Positions 19,700 to 29,221 of a stretch of DNA of 64,000 nt are shown here, in pieces. Both the position numbers and the translations under genes were made by a program. The DNA is taken from contig CAWHVC010000001.1 of NCBI GenBank assembly GCA_963832745.1, positions 384,001 through 448,000 of the forward strand, given 5' to 3'. The notes beneath the pieces were generated by a model, which saw only the letters and a program-made list of their open reading frames with translations, was not told where the DNA came from and searched no databases. The DNA comes from Candidatus Bathyarchaeota archaeon (GTDB taxonomy: Archaea; Thermoproteota; Bathyarchaeia; Bathyarchaeales; Bathycorpusculaceae). The stretch's first letter is position 1. Each line of letters opens with the position of its first letter.

Positions 19700-19900
19700 C
19701 TTATACCCTTGAGGAAGCAGAGCGTGGTGTTGAAAAAGAAATTGAGGTCCCGAGAATTGAGCGTTGCCCAGTTTGTGGGGGTTCTGGAGCTACTCCAGGT
19801 TCTTCAGTGCAAACTTGCCCAGCATACAGAGGTTCTGGAAAAGTCCCATAACACAATAAGAAAACGTTCGGGCACGTTTATGCAAATCGCGCAATGCTCT
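19700..19900 (+). pseudogene. dnaJ: DnaJ zinc-finger region fragment
   Basis: [32 protein letters not shown]...CPAYRGSG (CxxCxGxG repeats); no J-domain. Confidence 0.7.
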
Positions 19901-19954
19901 GCCAACTTTCCCGTGTGGGGAAGACGATTTAGCAGGTGCGGAAAAGCACGGTTT

Positions 19955-20275
19955 TGCCTGCGCCCCTCTTCTGCAGGGCTTCAATTGCGTTTCCCGCTTG
20001 GCGTTCTTCCCAGAAACCAACTATTGCATTCATGAACAACAAAAGAAGAATAAGTCCAAAAGAAGAAGTATCACCCAGCACCGCTGATATAACAAGGCTG
20101 CTTCAATCATTAAAGGGATTGGCTCCAAAAGTAATGCAGAAATTTTACAATAGTGTTAACTTTTTTTCTGATTTCATTGAGACCATATTTTTGGAGCCTT
20201 GTTTGAGCTTCTTCTGAAGAAAGACCTTGCTTGATGAAAGTGATTTAAAAAGTTGATCTGCTTCGCTTTCTCTGT
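19955..20275 (-). pseudogene. P-type H+-ATPase (type IIIA) N-terminal fragment
   Basis: GLSSEEAQTRLQKYGLNEIRKKVNTIVKFLHYFW / MIEAA / FGLILLLLFMNAIVGFWEERQAGNAIEALQK; frameshifted and truncated. Confidence 0.75.
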
Positions 20276-20421
20276 AGAAATTTCTTGCTCCAAAAAACGC
20301 ATTAACCTTAAACGTTAAAAATCCTGTATCAATAAAACGAAAGTAAGTTAAAAAAAAAACTTTCTAACCCTACTCAGTCAGTCTATATAGCGGTTGTAAA
20401 AGTTTGAAACGCTTCTTATTC

Positions 20422-20445
20422 TGTGATTGCCTTTGCCCAGTCACA
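20422..20445 (+). promoter_or_regulatory. 24-bp palindromic operator copy 2, upstream of acdB
   Basis: TGTGATTG-CCTTTGCC-CAGTCACA, with CTTAAA 6 nt downstream. Confidence 0.7.
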
Positions 20446-20583
20446 AACGCACTTAAACCGAATGAAGTCAAATTTACTCAAAGTTAAGACAGTAATTAAA
20501 CTGTAGAAGACATCTGCCGATGTTTAACTAACAGTAAAGTTGTCGCTTTTTAAAATTACAAAAAGTAAACAGGAAGTTTTAGA

Positions 20584-21297
20584 TTGAAAAAATGTGAAGA
20601 AATAATTCAAAAGGCACTCAAGCAAGGTCATTCATCCCTTTTGCTTCCTGAAGCACAACAAGTCGTCAGTGCGCACTACATCCCTACTCCAAAAGCTTTT
20701 CTTGCAAAAAACGTTGAAGAAGCCATAAAGAAAGGAAGCGAAATTGGGTTTCCAGTGGTTTTGAAAATTGTTTCCCCTATGATACTGCACAAGTCAGATG
20801 TCGGCGGGGTAGCATTGAACGTCAACAGTCCAGAAGAGCTTAAAGAAGCTTACCAAAAAATGATTAAAGAAGTAAGCAGAAACACGCCGGACGAACAAAT
20901 TATAGGTGTCAGCGTAGAGAAAATGCTGCCTTCCTCCACAGAGGTTATTGTAGGTGGCATAAGAGACAGCCAGTTTGGTCCTTCAGTAATGTTTGGTATG
21001 GGAGGCATCTTCGCTGAGGTTTACGAAGATGTAGCTTTCCGTGTTGCACCGCTGGACAAAATTGATGCTTTAAACTTGATAAACGGCTTAAAGGGCTCAA
21101 AAATTCTTAAGGGCATCCGTGGAAATCCGCCCGCTGACATGGAAGCGTTAGCTGACATACTTTTGAATGTTTCATCGTTAATGATTGAGCATAGCAGTAT
21201 AAGTCAACTTGACCTTAACCCTGTGCTTGTTTATCCAGACTCTGCCTACGCTGTGGATTACAGAATCATATTAAAACAACCTGAAGGAGGAAAATAA
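20584..21297 (+). CDS. acdB: ADP-forming acetate-CoA ligase beta subunit
   Basis: GFPVVLKIVSP.ILHKSDVGGV, QFGPSVMFGMGG, DLNP ATP-grasp. Confidence 0.95.
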   Translation: MKKCEEIIQKALKQGHSSLLLPEAQQVVSAHYIPTPKAFLAKNVEEAIKKGSEIGFPVVLKIVSPMILHKSDVGGVALNVNSPEELKEAYQKMIKEVSRNTPDEQIIGVSVEKMLPSSTEVIVGGIRDSQFGPSVMFGMGGIFAEVYEDVAFRVAPLDKIDALNLINGLKGSKILKGIRGNPPADMEALADILLNVSSLMIEHSSISQLDLNPVLVYPDSAYAVDYRIILKQPEGGK

Positions 21298-22726
21298 ATG
21301 AGTTTGGAGCCTTTTTTTTAACCCTAAAAACGTGGCGGTAGTAGGAGTTTCAAGACAACCTAGAAAATTCGGTCATGTTATCTTCAAAAACTTTGTGGAT
21401 TCAGACTTTTCAGGGAATGTTTATCCGGTTAACCCTCATGCAGAAACTATTTTGGATACGAAAGCTTACCGCTCATTACGCGATATTCCAGATGAACTTG
21501 ATTTAGTCACAATCGCTGTTCCAGCAAAGCTCGTACCCTCAATTGTCGATGATTGCCTTGATAAAAAAGTTAAGACGGCAGTGATAATTTCAGGTGGATT
21601 CAAAGAAATCGGTGCAGAAGGAGCCAAACTTGAACGGGAAATTAAAGAGAAAATTAAGGGAAAAAACCTTCGAATAATCGGCCCCAACTGCATAGGTGTA
21701 TTTGACCCCACAAGCCATGTTGACACACTGTTCTTGCCAACCTATAAACTTCGACGCCCAAAAAAAGGGTCAATAGCTTTTATTTCGCAAAGTGGAGCCT
21801 TCGGTTCAGCAGTGCTTGATTGGGCAGCATCCAAAGAAATCGGCATAAGCAAATTCATAAGCATAGGAAACAAGCTTGACGTTGACGAAGTTGACCTATT
21901 AAATTTCCTATCTGAAGATCCGCTTACAAAGTGCATAGCTGTTTATGTTGAAAGCATCGGTCGTGGAAGAGAATTTCTCAACGCCGCATCGAAGGTTGTG
22001 CCAAAAAAACCTGTTGTATTCTTAAAAGGTGGCATAACAAAAGCAGGCGCTCAAGCTGCAATGTCTCACACTGGTTCGCTTGCGGGTTTAGCTAAAGTTT
22101 ACGAAGGCGCATTCAAGGGTGCAGGGGTAATTGAGGCTTTCACGGTTGACGAATTGTTCGATTACGCGCGGGTATTAGCTTACCAACAGGCGCCAAAAGA
22201 ACAAACAAACGTTGCTATCGTGACTAATGGCGGCGGTTTTGGAGTTATAAGTAGTGATGAAGCCTCAAGGCAGGGTCTTAAACTGGCAAGTTTTGGTTCA
22301 AATACCGTAAAGAAGGTGGCGGCGTCTATGCCCAGCTATGGTGAAGTGCATAACCCGTTAGATTTGGTTGGGGATGCGGATGTTCAACGTTACCGGGTGG
22401 CCTTAGACGCGGTTGGTTCTGACCCAAACGTAGGAATAATTTTGGTTATTGTTCTTCTTCAAACCTCGTTTATAGAATCCGACATAGTTGACGCTATAAG
22501 TGAAGCAAATGTTGCCTCAGGAAAACCCATTGTAGTTTGCACTATTGGAGGCGATTTCACAGAGATCTTAAGCAAGATGCTAGAAGAGGACCATATACCA
22601 GCGTACTCTACACCTGAAAGGTCGATTAAAGCAATTGGCGCGTTAATCAACTACGGCGTTGGCTTGAAAGATATTGATGAAAGAATCAAGCTCAACCAAA
22701 ATTACTTGTCAGAAAAAAGATATTGA
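21298..22726 (+). CDS. acdA: ADP-forming acetate-CoA ligase alpha subunit (apparent +1 frameshift in a T8 run near the start)
   Basis: IGPNCIG, SQSG, SHTGSLAG phospho-His, NPLDL. ATG 21298 with SD GGAGG reads MSLEPFF*; removing one T gives MSLEPFFNPKNVAVVG. The ORF track starts at 21332. Confidence 0.93.
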
Positions 22727-22789
22727 ATCCTGTTGACTATACTAAGAAATCAGTCCAACAGAGAAGCTTTCTTTTAACTAAGACAGTGC

Positions 22790-23110
22790 TTTTTGAAATC
22801 AGCAGCATAAAAAATATCGTCAGTGAAGTCAGCTTGCCTACTTTTACTTTCCAGATTTCTGCCACATCATTGAAAAACACGCCTTTAGGTGACAAAATCG
22901 CGTAATGAATCACTGCACAGGCATTAACATCAACAATCATCTGTTTTACTTCAAGACCTTGAACCAATTTGAAAAAATTGTTGTTCACAAAAAGCTCTTT
23001 ACCCCGTGATTCTTTGGCTATTGTCCCTGCAGCAAAATGTCGTCAGCTAACATAGAGTGCCAATCACTCTTACTTAAGAGTCCCTTGTAATAATCTTGCA
23101 GAGTGACTCG
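22790..23110 (-). pseudogene. SnoaL/NTF2-like protein remnant
   Basis: DYYKGLLSKSDWHSMLADD / AKESRGKELFVNNNFF...VAEIWKVKVGKLTSLTIFF, frameshifted. Confidence 0.5.
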
Positions 23111-23282
23111 TTTTGGTTTCGGGTTTTCATAAAAATCATCAGATAATTTTTGAAATGCAGACTATTCAAACTTTATCATACACTCACAATTTAGCAAAAA
23201 AATTGATAAAAGTATCCCGCAAGTTTATGAAAACAGCATATTGGCAGAAACCACGCCGCTAATGGATTCAAAGCCTTGCAGG

Positions 23283-23964
23283 TTATGGAAGCATTTTTTC
23301 GCGTCTAATAAGCCTGCTAGACAAAACCAGCAACACAGCCGCCAATGCAATGGCTAAAACAGATAGCGCCAAAACTATTATGACCTCCAAAGAAAATCCC
23401 AGAAAAGAAAGGTAAAAGGTAGGAATTATAAACACAACACCAAGCGCTGTAGCGAGGGGACTGTTGCCGCCTACACGTTGCTTCTGTAAGGAGCTAAAAG
23501 CCATCATCGCGGTAACAACAAAGGAAACTACAGAAAAACCTAGAAAACCAGTGAGAGCCAGCATCAATAAATCCAAAAGAAACGCTGGTGAACCGGCGAT
23601 GGCGCCCACTATTAAAACGGCGATGGATTCAGCGATAAAAAGAATCAACACCAAAAAGAGAGCAGCCTTCAAATACTGCTTAAAAACACTGCTTTGGTTC
23701 CATCCAAGCGAAAGCAGGTACTCCAAGACACCGTTGTTTTTGTCGTAAACATAGAGCAGTATTACTGGGGTTGGAAACATTAGAAGCCCAAAAGCCATGA
23801 AGGAAACAGAAAGAAGATAGAATTGTTCACCTGAGCTTCCCCCAAAAAAATTAAGGGCAACTAGTACTGAAAACTCCAAAAACTGCAAAAAAGACGCCCA
23901 TTCCAGCTTGAATTTTACTTAAACTAAGACTCCGTTTAGCGAAAATCAAGGTACTGCTTGGCAT
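23283..23964 (-). CDS. ABC-2 type permease (apparent frameshift near 23870)
   Basis: YDKNNGVLEYLLS, about 6 TM segments. ATG 23964 abuts the ATPase TAA; its frame MPSSTLIFAKR...FAVFGVF joins the 23283-23888 frame by a 1-nt shift. Confidence 0.8.
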
Positions 23965-24837
23965 TTAGGGGGGCTCCTGTGGTTTTTCGTTGCCGTGAGT
24001 TTCAAATAGTTCCTGCAGGGGATTGCCTAGCTGACGCATTTCAGTAACTAAAATGCCTTTTTCAACAATTTTTTTAAGTGCCAATCCAGCCTCTTCGGGA
24101 CTTGACACACTTAAAATGTAGTAGTCGCCTTCACGTTTAGCGTCGACAATTCCAGTTATGTCTGTTGAGGCTTTGATTCCCACGCGGTAATTTTTGGGTT
24201 TAATGTTTGAAATTCTATCAAGCGTCGTTACGGAACCGTTCTTGATTAGAATCAGGTAGGTGCCAATGTCTGTGGCTTCATAGAGGTTATGTGAAGAATA
24301 CAGAATCATACGGTCTTTGCTTAACCTCACGATAATATCCCGTATTTCCTTGGATACAGCAGGGTCTAAATTTGCGGTCGGTTCATCAAGCAGGTACAGG
24401 TCTCTTTTAGTTAGAAACACTTTAGCGATAGATGCCCTCTTTTTTTGTCCCTGAGAAAGGTCAGAAAATTTCTTGTTTTTCAATTCACCTAGTTCCAGTA
24501 ACTCAATTGCTTTGTTTGGGTCTCCGCCTTCCATGTCAGCGTAAAATTTGAGTGCATCATACACCGTCATTTCTTCAGGCATTGCATTATATTGCGAGAG
24601 GTAACTTATTCTGGTTCTTGCTTGGGCTGTGGTGGTTAAGTTCTGGCCGTCAAGAAGAAGGCTTCCTTTGAATGGTTCAAGGATACCAGCGATTGTTCTA
24701 AACAGAGTGGTTTTGCCAGCGCCATTAGGTCCTAAAACAACGTATATGGATGGTTCACTAAGTTTGAAGCTGATATCATGCAGTACAACTTGTCGGTTAT
24801 AACCTGAAGATACGTTGTTAAGTTCTAAAATAGGCAC
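23965..24837 (-). CDS. ABC transporter ATP-binding protein
   Basis: GPNGAGKT, LSQGQ, LLDEPT, SSH. Confidence 0.95.
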   Translation of the reverse strand: MPILELNNVSSGYNRQVVLHDISFKLSEPSIYVVLGPNGAGKTTLFRTIAGILEPFKGSLLLDGQNLTTTAQARTRISYLSQYNAMPEEMTVYDALKFYADMEGGDPNKAIELLELGELKNKKFSDLSQGQKKRASIAKVFLTKRDLYLLDEPTANLDPAVSKEIRDIIVRLSKDRMILYSSHNLYEATDIGTYLILIKNGSVTTLDRISNIKPKNYRVGIKASTDITGIVDAKREGDYYILSVSSPEEAGLALKKIVEKGILVTEMRQLGNPLQELFETHGNEKPQEPP

Positions 24838-24992
24838 AGCGAGTTCGCCTTTGGCTACTATCGAAATAGTCTTTTATGATATTTAAGGCTAAAATTAGCG
24901 GCAGTTTGTTAAGCAAATGACTTTGTTCTTGCTTTTTGCATTAAGCTTATAAAAATAGCAAATTATAGATTGCTTAGCAGGTATCCGAATTG

Positions 24993-25390
24993 ATGAAATC
25001 AACGGGCATAATTAGAAAAGCAATTAACACCAAAGATGGAAAAATCGGCATAGTTAAAGACTTAATAATCGAAACCAAGTCCGGCAGACAAGAAAGACTC
25101 GGGTAAAAGGGCTTACGTCCCCAGATTGGTGGATATCACACCTTGAAATATAGATAGACGAAACCTTCAAAAAAAATTAATCGCAGCCAAAAAATTAGCT
25201 ATAAACAAAACAGAAACAACATTTACGCTAAAACTAGCGTGTTTTGGTGAGGACGCAGTCAATCTAACGCCAAAAGGCTTAGAAATTAAAGTAACCAAAG
25301 CTCAAGCCGGCGACAACATTGGAACACTATACACCTTTTTTAAGCAGGCAACAATAGCCAAACCAAACCTAACCCTAAAACGCCTATAAA
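24993..25390 (+). pseudogene. possible PRC-barrel protein remnant
   Basis: MKSTGIIRKAINTKDGKIGIVKDLIIET.. PRC-like start, then stops and frameshifts. Confidence 0.4.
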
Positions 25391-25671
25391 AAAGGAAAGC
25401 CTATTCCTACTTCCACTTAATAATCGTTCAAATTTTCAGTTACCTGTATCCACACAATAACCTACATTGAAAAGCCTTTTTGTGGTTTAATCATAGCCCA
25501 AACATTGCTTTATCAACGTATAGGCACTTCTGAAAGTGGGTCTACTCTGGATGTAACAAATAAGGAACGTTATCCACCACTTAGGATGAAGCCCGCTTTT
25601 TTGAAATGGCATAATGGTGCTATCCTACATGACTAAAGTTGTCTTAATTAATCCTCCTGAAAAAACATAGC

Positions 25672-25930
25672 TCAAACCGTATACTCCCCAAGCTTTCTTT
25701 GCCCTTCAGCTATCTTTCTCGGATCAGCTTCAACATCTACTTGCCCAAGGGTTTCGATTAGCCGCTCAAACTTAACCTCAAGCCGACCCAATTTCCTATC
25801 GATACACTTAATTTTCTCAGGCATCTGCATGTAATCGATTGCCGCATCCTTACCCAATGTTTTCAAGTTCGCCCTCGCCCCAACTGTGATCGATCTTTCG
25901 CCTCCCAGCTCTTACACTGAAGTATCTGCC
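25672..25930 (-). pseudogene. C-terminal fragment of an element-encoded protein
   Basis: GRYFSVRAGRRKIDHSWGEGELE / LGKDAAIDYMQMPEKIK, frameshifted, no start. Confidence 0.4.
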
Positions 25931-26002
25931 AAACAATTTTGCAACAGGTCCTCAACCGCCAACGCCTGCTCACGCAGAGCATCACGTTCCTTAAAAAACT
26001 GC

Positions 26003-26439
26003 TTAGGCCGAAGCGCCCGGGGCTTTTTTAGAAAATTCCGCATTATACTTCTCCCTCAAATCTGCAAGCTCAGATTCAACCTCCCGATAATGCACATAAT
26101 CAGCCAAAATCTCCTTGTAAGTCTTAGCCAAAGTTGCAACAACCTGCAACCGCTGAACATCAACCCTATCAAGACCTGGCTTACAAGCAGCCCTCAAAGC
26201 ACCAGCCAACATCCCCGCTGCCTCTTCAACGCTAGGAAATCCTTAGGAATAACAATAGAAGTAGTAGTCGTTACAGCCTTACCGTCGACGACTACTTCTA
26301 AACCAAGACGCTCACACTTCTTCAAAACAGCATCCGAGCTGAGGCCAAACTTTTCAGCAATCACCTTAAGAGAAATCTTTGCTTCAACAAGCTCCCTAAG
26401 CTGCTTTTCCCGCTCAGCACTCCAAGGTTTACCCTTCAA
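26003..26439 (-). pseudogene. HTH-like KGKPW protein split by a frameshift near 26237
   Basis: ORFs 26194-26439 and 26003-26212 join via IPKD/PSVEEAARMLAGAL; IAEKFGLSSDAV is HTH-like. Confidence 0.6.
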
Positions 26440-26450
26440 CCATAAAACCT

Positions 26451-26768
26451 CTATTCACTCTGCATTTTAATAGCACAAGAATTAACCACCTGATCAACAT
26501 ATTTTCCAGCAATCTCAAGATAAAGCCGGGCACCCTCAACAAGTGCAGATAACCTTAACAGTTCAACCTCATTTAACCCAGGCTTGCAAGCATCCTGCAG
26601 AGCTTTACCAAGCATTATCTGCGCCTCCTTAAGACTTGACAACCCCTTATCCTTAAGAATAACCTGCTCAACAGCATCCTTGAGCACTTGCATTCCTTCA
26701 ACAGACAAAGTTCTCTTCAATGATAACCCTCTTTTAACCTGAAGCGGTAATTTCAATATCAAACCCAA
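26451..26768 (-). CDS. hypothetical protein, paralog of the C-terminal half of 26003-26439
   Basis: SSLKEAQIMLGKALQDACKPGL vs PSVEEAARMLAGALRAACKPGL. Confidence 0.6.
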   Translation of the reverse strand: MGLILKLPLQVKRGLSLKRTLSVEGMQVLKDAVEQVILKDKGLSSLKEAQIMLGKALQDACKPGLNEVELLRLSALVEGARLYLEIAGKYVDQVVNSCAIKMQSE

Positions 26769-27165
26769 ATGAAGTAATTCCAGTTACCGTGCTAGCCACC
26801 GTCAACGTAAACATAACCGGCACAACTTGCCCAGGAGCAATCGGCGCACCCAAATAATCCCAAGCCAACGCCAAATATGATGATCCGACTGCAGGCTCAA
26901 AATTTCGCATCGCCAAGTTAGCGCTCACATTAGAAGCAAGACTACTCTTCATGTACAAAGTACGGTTAACCTGCTGGCCAGGCTCAAGAGTGCCCCAGTC
27001 AATGCTTGAAACCTTACTTGCACAAGCACGATCAGAGTAAAAATTAAATTCCCTCGAAATGATGATGCCATGGGTCGGAATAGTTACAGAGTACTGTAGG
27101 GCAGCATAAACAAAACCCATAGGAATAATGCTGATAAGAAGTGCCGCAATAAGCTTGGTCCTCAA
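26734..27165 (-). CDS. secreted beta-rich hypothetical protein
   Basis: N-terminal signal/TM segment, IDWGTLEPG, FGFDIEITASG. Confidence 0.75.
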   Translation of the reverse strand: MRTKLIAALLISIIPMGFVYAALQYSVTIPTHGIIISREFNFYSDRACASKVSSIDWGTLEPGQQVNRTLYMKSSLASNVSANLAMRNFEPAVGSSYLALAWDYLGAPIAPGQVVPVMFTLTVASTVTGITSFGFDIEITASG

Positions 27166-27434
27166 GATTTTTTCCCCACAAATAGGCCAACGATTGTGCC
27201 AGTCAAACAGGTAATGGAAGCGAAAATTTCACTATTCCACGTATTCAAGCAAACCATGCTTACGACTTCCAAGCAACTTAGAATAATCGCCATAGCAATG
27301 GCAAACTCTACACCCAAAACAAGCCGTTCATCAGGCTCCTCAACAGTCGGATTCCTACTGCGGGTTTGGCGTCGACGTGTCAAGGCATGTTTAACCAAGT
27401 TCGTCATGGCGCAACCTCTGCATTCTGTGAGCAA
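27162..27434 (-). CDS. small two-TM membrane protein
   Basis: Two hydrophobic segments around TWNSEIF; overlaps both neighbours. Confidence 0.65.
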   Translation of the reverse strand: MLTECRGCAMTNLVKHALTRRRQTRSRNPTVEEPDERLVLGVEFAIAMAIILSCLEVVSMVCLNTWNSEIFASITCLTGTIVGLFVGKKS

Positions 27435-27843
27435 ACATTCTTGGAGAACGCAGGCCAGCAGTGTTTGAGCGGCTTTGGCTTAAACTTGCTTGAGCAAAAC
27501 TCCGCAACATATCCCCTGCCACGACTTCAGAAACATGCCCCGCTGCTAAAACTTTAATCTCTAAGGCCCATCCAGCAGGTACGCTCGTATAATCAAGGTC
27601 AAAAAGAGAATCAGTATAGCGAAAACTGTTTTGCGCCAAAATAATGTTATGCGCCTTACCCATGACACCAAGATAGATTCCCCAACTTTTCACCGGAACA
27701 TCAACACAGCCACCGTTTAGACTGCTCTTACCTGTTGACGCATCACACCAATCAACAGCGATAAGATCACCGGGCTTAACATTTTCCAGCGCTTTTAGAA
27801 CTGACTTGCTCATCAAGACCAAACCAACAAAAACAAATCCCAA
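27391..27843 (-). CDS. hypothetical protein (small beta-barrel-like)
   Basis: KPGDLIAVDWCDAS...SWGIYLG...IILAQN; first gene of the element run. Confidence 0.7.
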   Translation of the reverse strand: MGFVFVGLVLMSKSVLKALENVKPGDLIAVDWCDASTGKSSLNGGCVDVPVKSWGIYLGVMGKAHNIILAQNSFRYTDSLFDLDYTSVPAGWALEIKVLAAGHVSEVVAGDMLRSFAQASLSQSRSNTAGLRSPRMFAHRMQRLRHDELG

Positions 27844-27905
27844 AGCTTAACACTAATAGGTTGTTAGCCTAAACACGCTAGCAAATTTCAGAAGAACTAT
27901 CTTTG

Positions 27906-27934
27906 TGGTGGACCAAGCGGGATTTGAACCCGCC
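27906..27934 (-). repeat. tRNA 3'-end fragment (att-like), tRNA-Ala-like
   Basis: Reverse complement GGCGGGTTCAAATCCCGCTTGGTCCACCA = T-arm, acceptor 3' strand and CCA; no 5' half. Confidence 0.75.
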
Positions 27935-28010
27935 TTACGGCTTACTGATTTATTGGGTTCTCTTATCTCGGGGGGTCATAATCTAAAACCTATTTGGGAA
28001 TTGTTGTTTT

Positions 28011-28748
28011 CTAGTTATAAGCTTTTAGACAAATCCTCTTCTTTGCAAGGATTGTAATCAGGGAAATAACTGCAAGCAAGGATAAGACTGCCACAAAGGG
28101 AAACTCTGGAACGGTTGGAGATGGGTCTGGTGTAGATAAAGAAACTGTACCATCAGCTAAGTTTATTGTTACTTTGCCGCTCCAATTGCTCTCCTTTAAA
28201 ACCTTGAAGTGCCATCCAGAGCCGATGGGATTACCATCAGTAGGTTCAACAAAGACTGAGCCAGCAATGAAAGCTTGTGCTTGAAAATCAAATTGACCAT
28301 AGGGCGCATAAATTTTACCATGATTAGGACCGTAAAAATAGTCACCGCTTCCTTGAATAAAATTAAGAATTGTGTACGTGGAGTTTGTCTTCAGAGGAGC
28401 AGCATCATATTGATAAAGCGGTGAATCCCAAGTATCCGCAAAGTGACCCTTACCACGAATATTATAACAAAGGTTTGACTGTTCCTCATATGGACCGTTG
28501 TTTATTGATAATTGAATTGTGAAGTTTTGAATGTGGTGAGCTGGATTTGTGATTTCTTGTCCACTGTATGGATCAATTGTATGAGTTTCTGGTACGTTAT
28601 AGGAATTGTCGATTATCCGTGCAGTTAGTTCAGGTACAGACAATTCAGTCGTTGATTGCCCACATGTAAATTCAAGGAACAAACTTAGGGTTACTAACGT
28701 TGACAGCAGAACAGTAATCAATACGAGTGCTTTGCAGATTCTACTCAT
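28011..28748 (-). CDS. secreted surface protein with PEF-CTERM sorting signal
   Basis: Signal peptide; C-terminal PSPTVPEFP, TM segment and basic tail. Confidence 0.85.
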   Translation of the reverse strand: MSRICKALVLITVLLSTLVTLSLFLEFTCGQSTTELSVPELTARIIDNSYNVPETHTIDPYSGQEITNPAHHIQNFTIQLSINNGPYEEQSNLCYNIRGKGHFADTWDSPLYQYDAAPLKTNSTYTILNFIQGSGDYFYGPNHGKIYAPYGQFDFQAQAFIAGSVFVEPTDGNPIGSGWHFKVLKESNWSGKVTINLADGTVSLSTPDPSPTVPEFPFVAVLSLLAVISLITILAKKRICLKAYN

Positions 28749-28916
28749 ACTTTATAATCAGACCTCAAATTCAATAAAAGATTATTTGTAAAGGTTTGTT
28801 GACTGAACCACGTCGAAGTTTTCTTGACTAACTGACGAATGGCTCACTAATTACTTCCCGGTTTTTTTATTTTTTCGCATAACAATAATGGAGGGCGAAA
28901 CCGTACAATTCTTACT

Positions 28917-29140
28917 TAACTGGACCTCAAGTCTTGCTTTAGACGCGTGCATCGCTCTTTTTTAGTTACCAATTTAAGATGCAATTCATTAGCAAAGCGA
29001 ACATCTACTTTGGCACGCTTCAATTTTTTGTACGCAGCCTTCTTACTTCTGGCAACGCTTCCTCGAGTGATATTTAGCTGCTTATCAATGACATAATCAG
29101 GGCACTGTTAAGATGGCTTAAGATTATTTGATTATTTTCA
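28917..29140 (-). pseudogene. small HTH (Tfx/LuxR-like) remnant
   Basis: PDYVIDKQLNITRGSVARSKKAAYKKLKRAK; no intact start in frame. Confidence 0.35.
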
Positions 29141-29221
29141 ATCAATCGCTAATATGAAACAGAGAGAAGCGCAGTTAATTGTTATGCTTCAATCTGTAGA
29201 GAAATCTTTGGAGAACTAGTT

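Larger units (their letters stand above)
25672..27934 (-). mobile_element. decayed integrative element remnant
   Basis: Run of short overlapping minus-strand ORFs, GC richer than the flanks, with frameshifts and a tRNA 3' fragment at the right end; homologs of two of its genes recur at 19180-19693. Confidence 0.6.

Noticed and set aside
25886-26470. 194-aa plus-strand ORF
   Set aside because: Antisense to element genes that have internal homologs on the minus strand.
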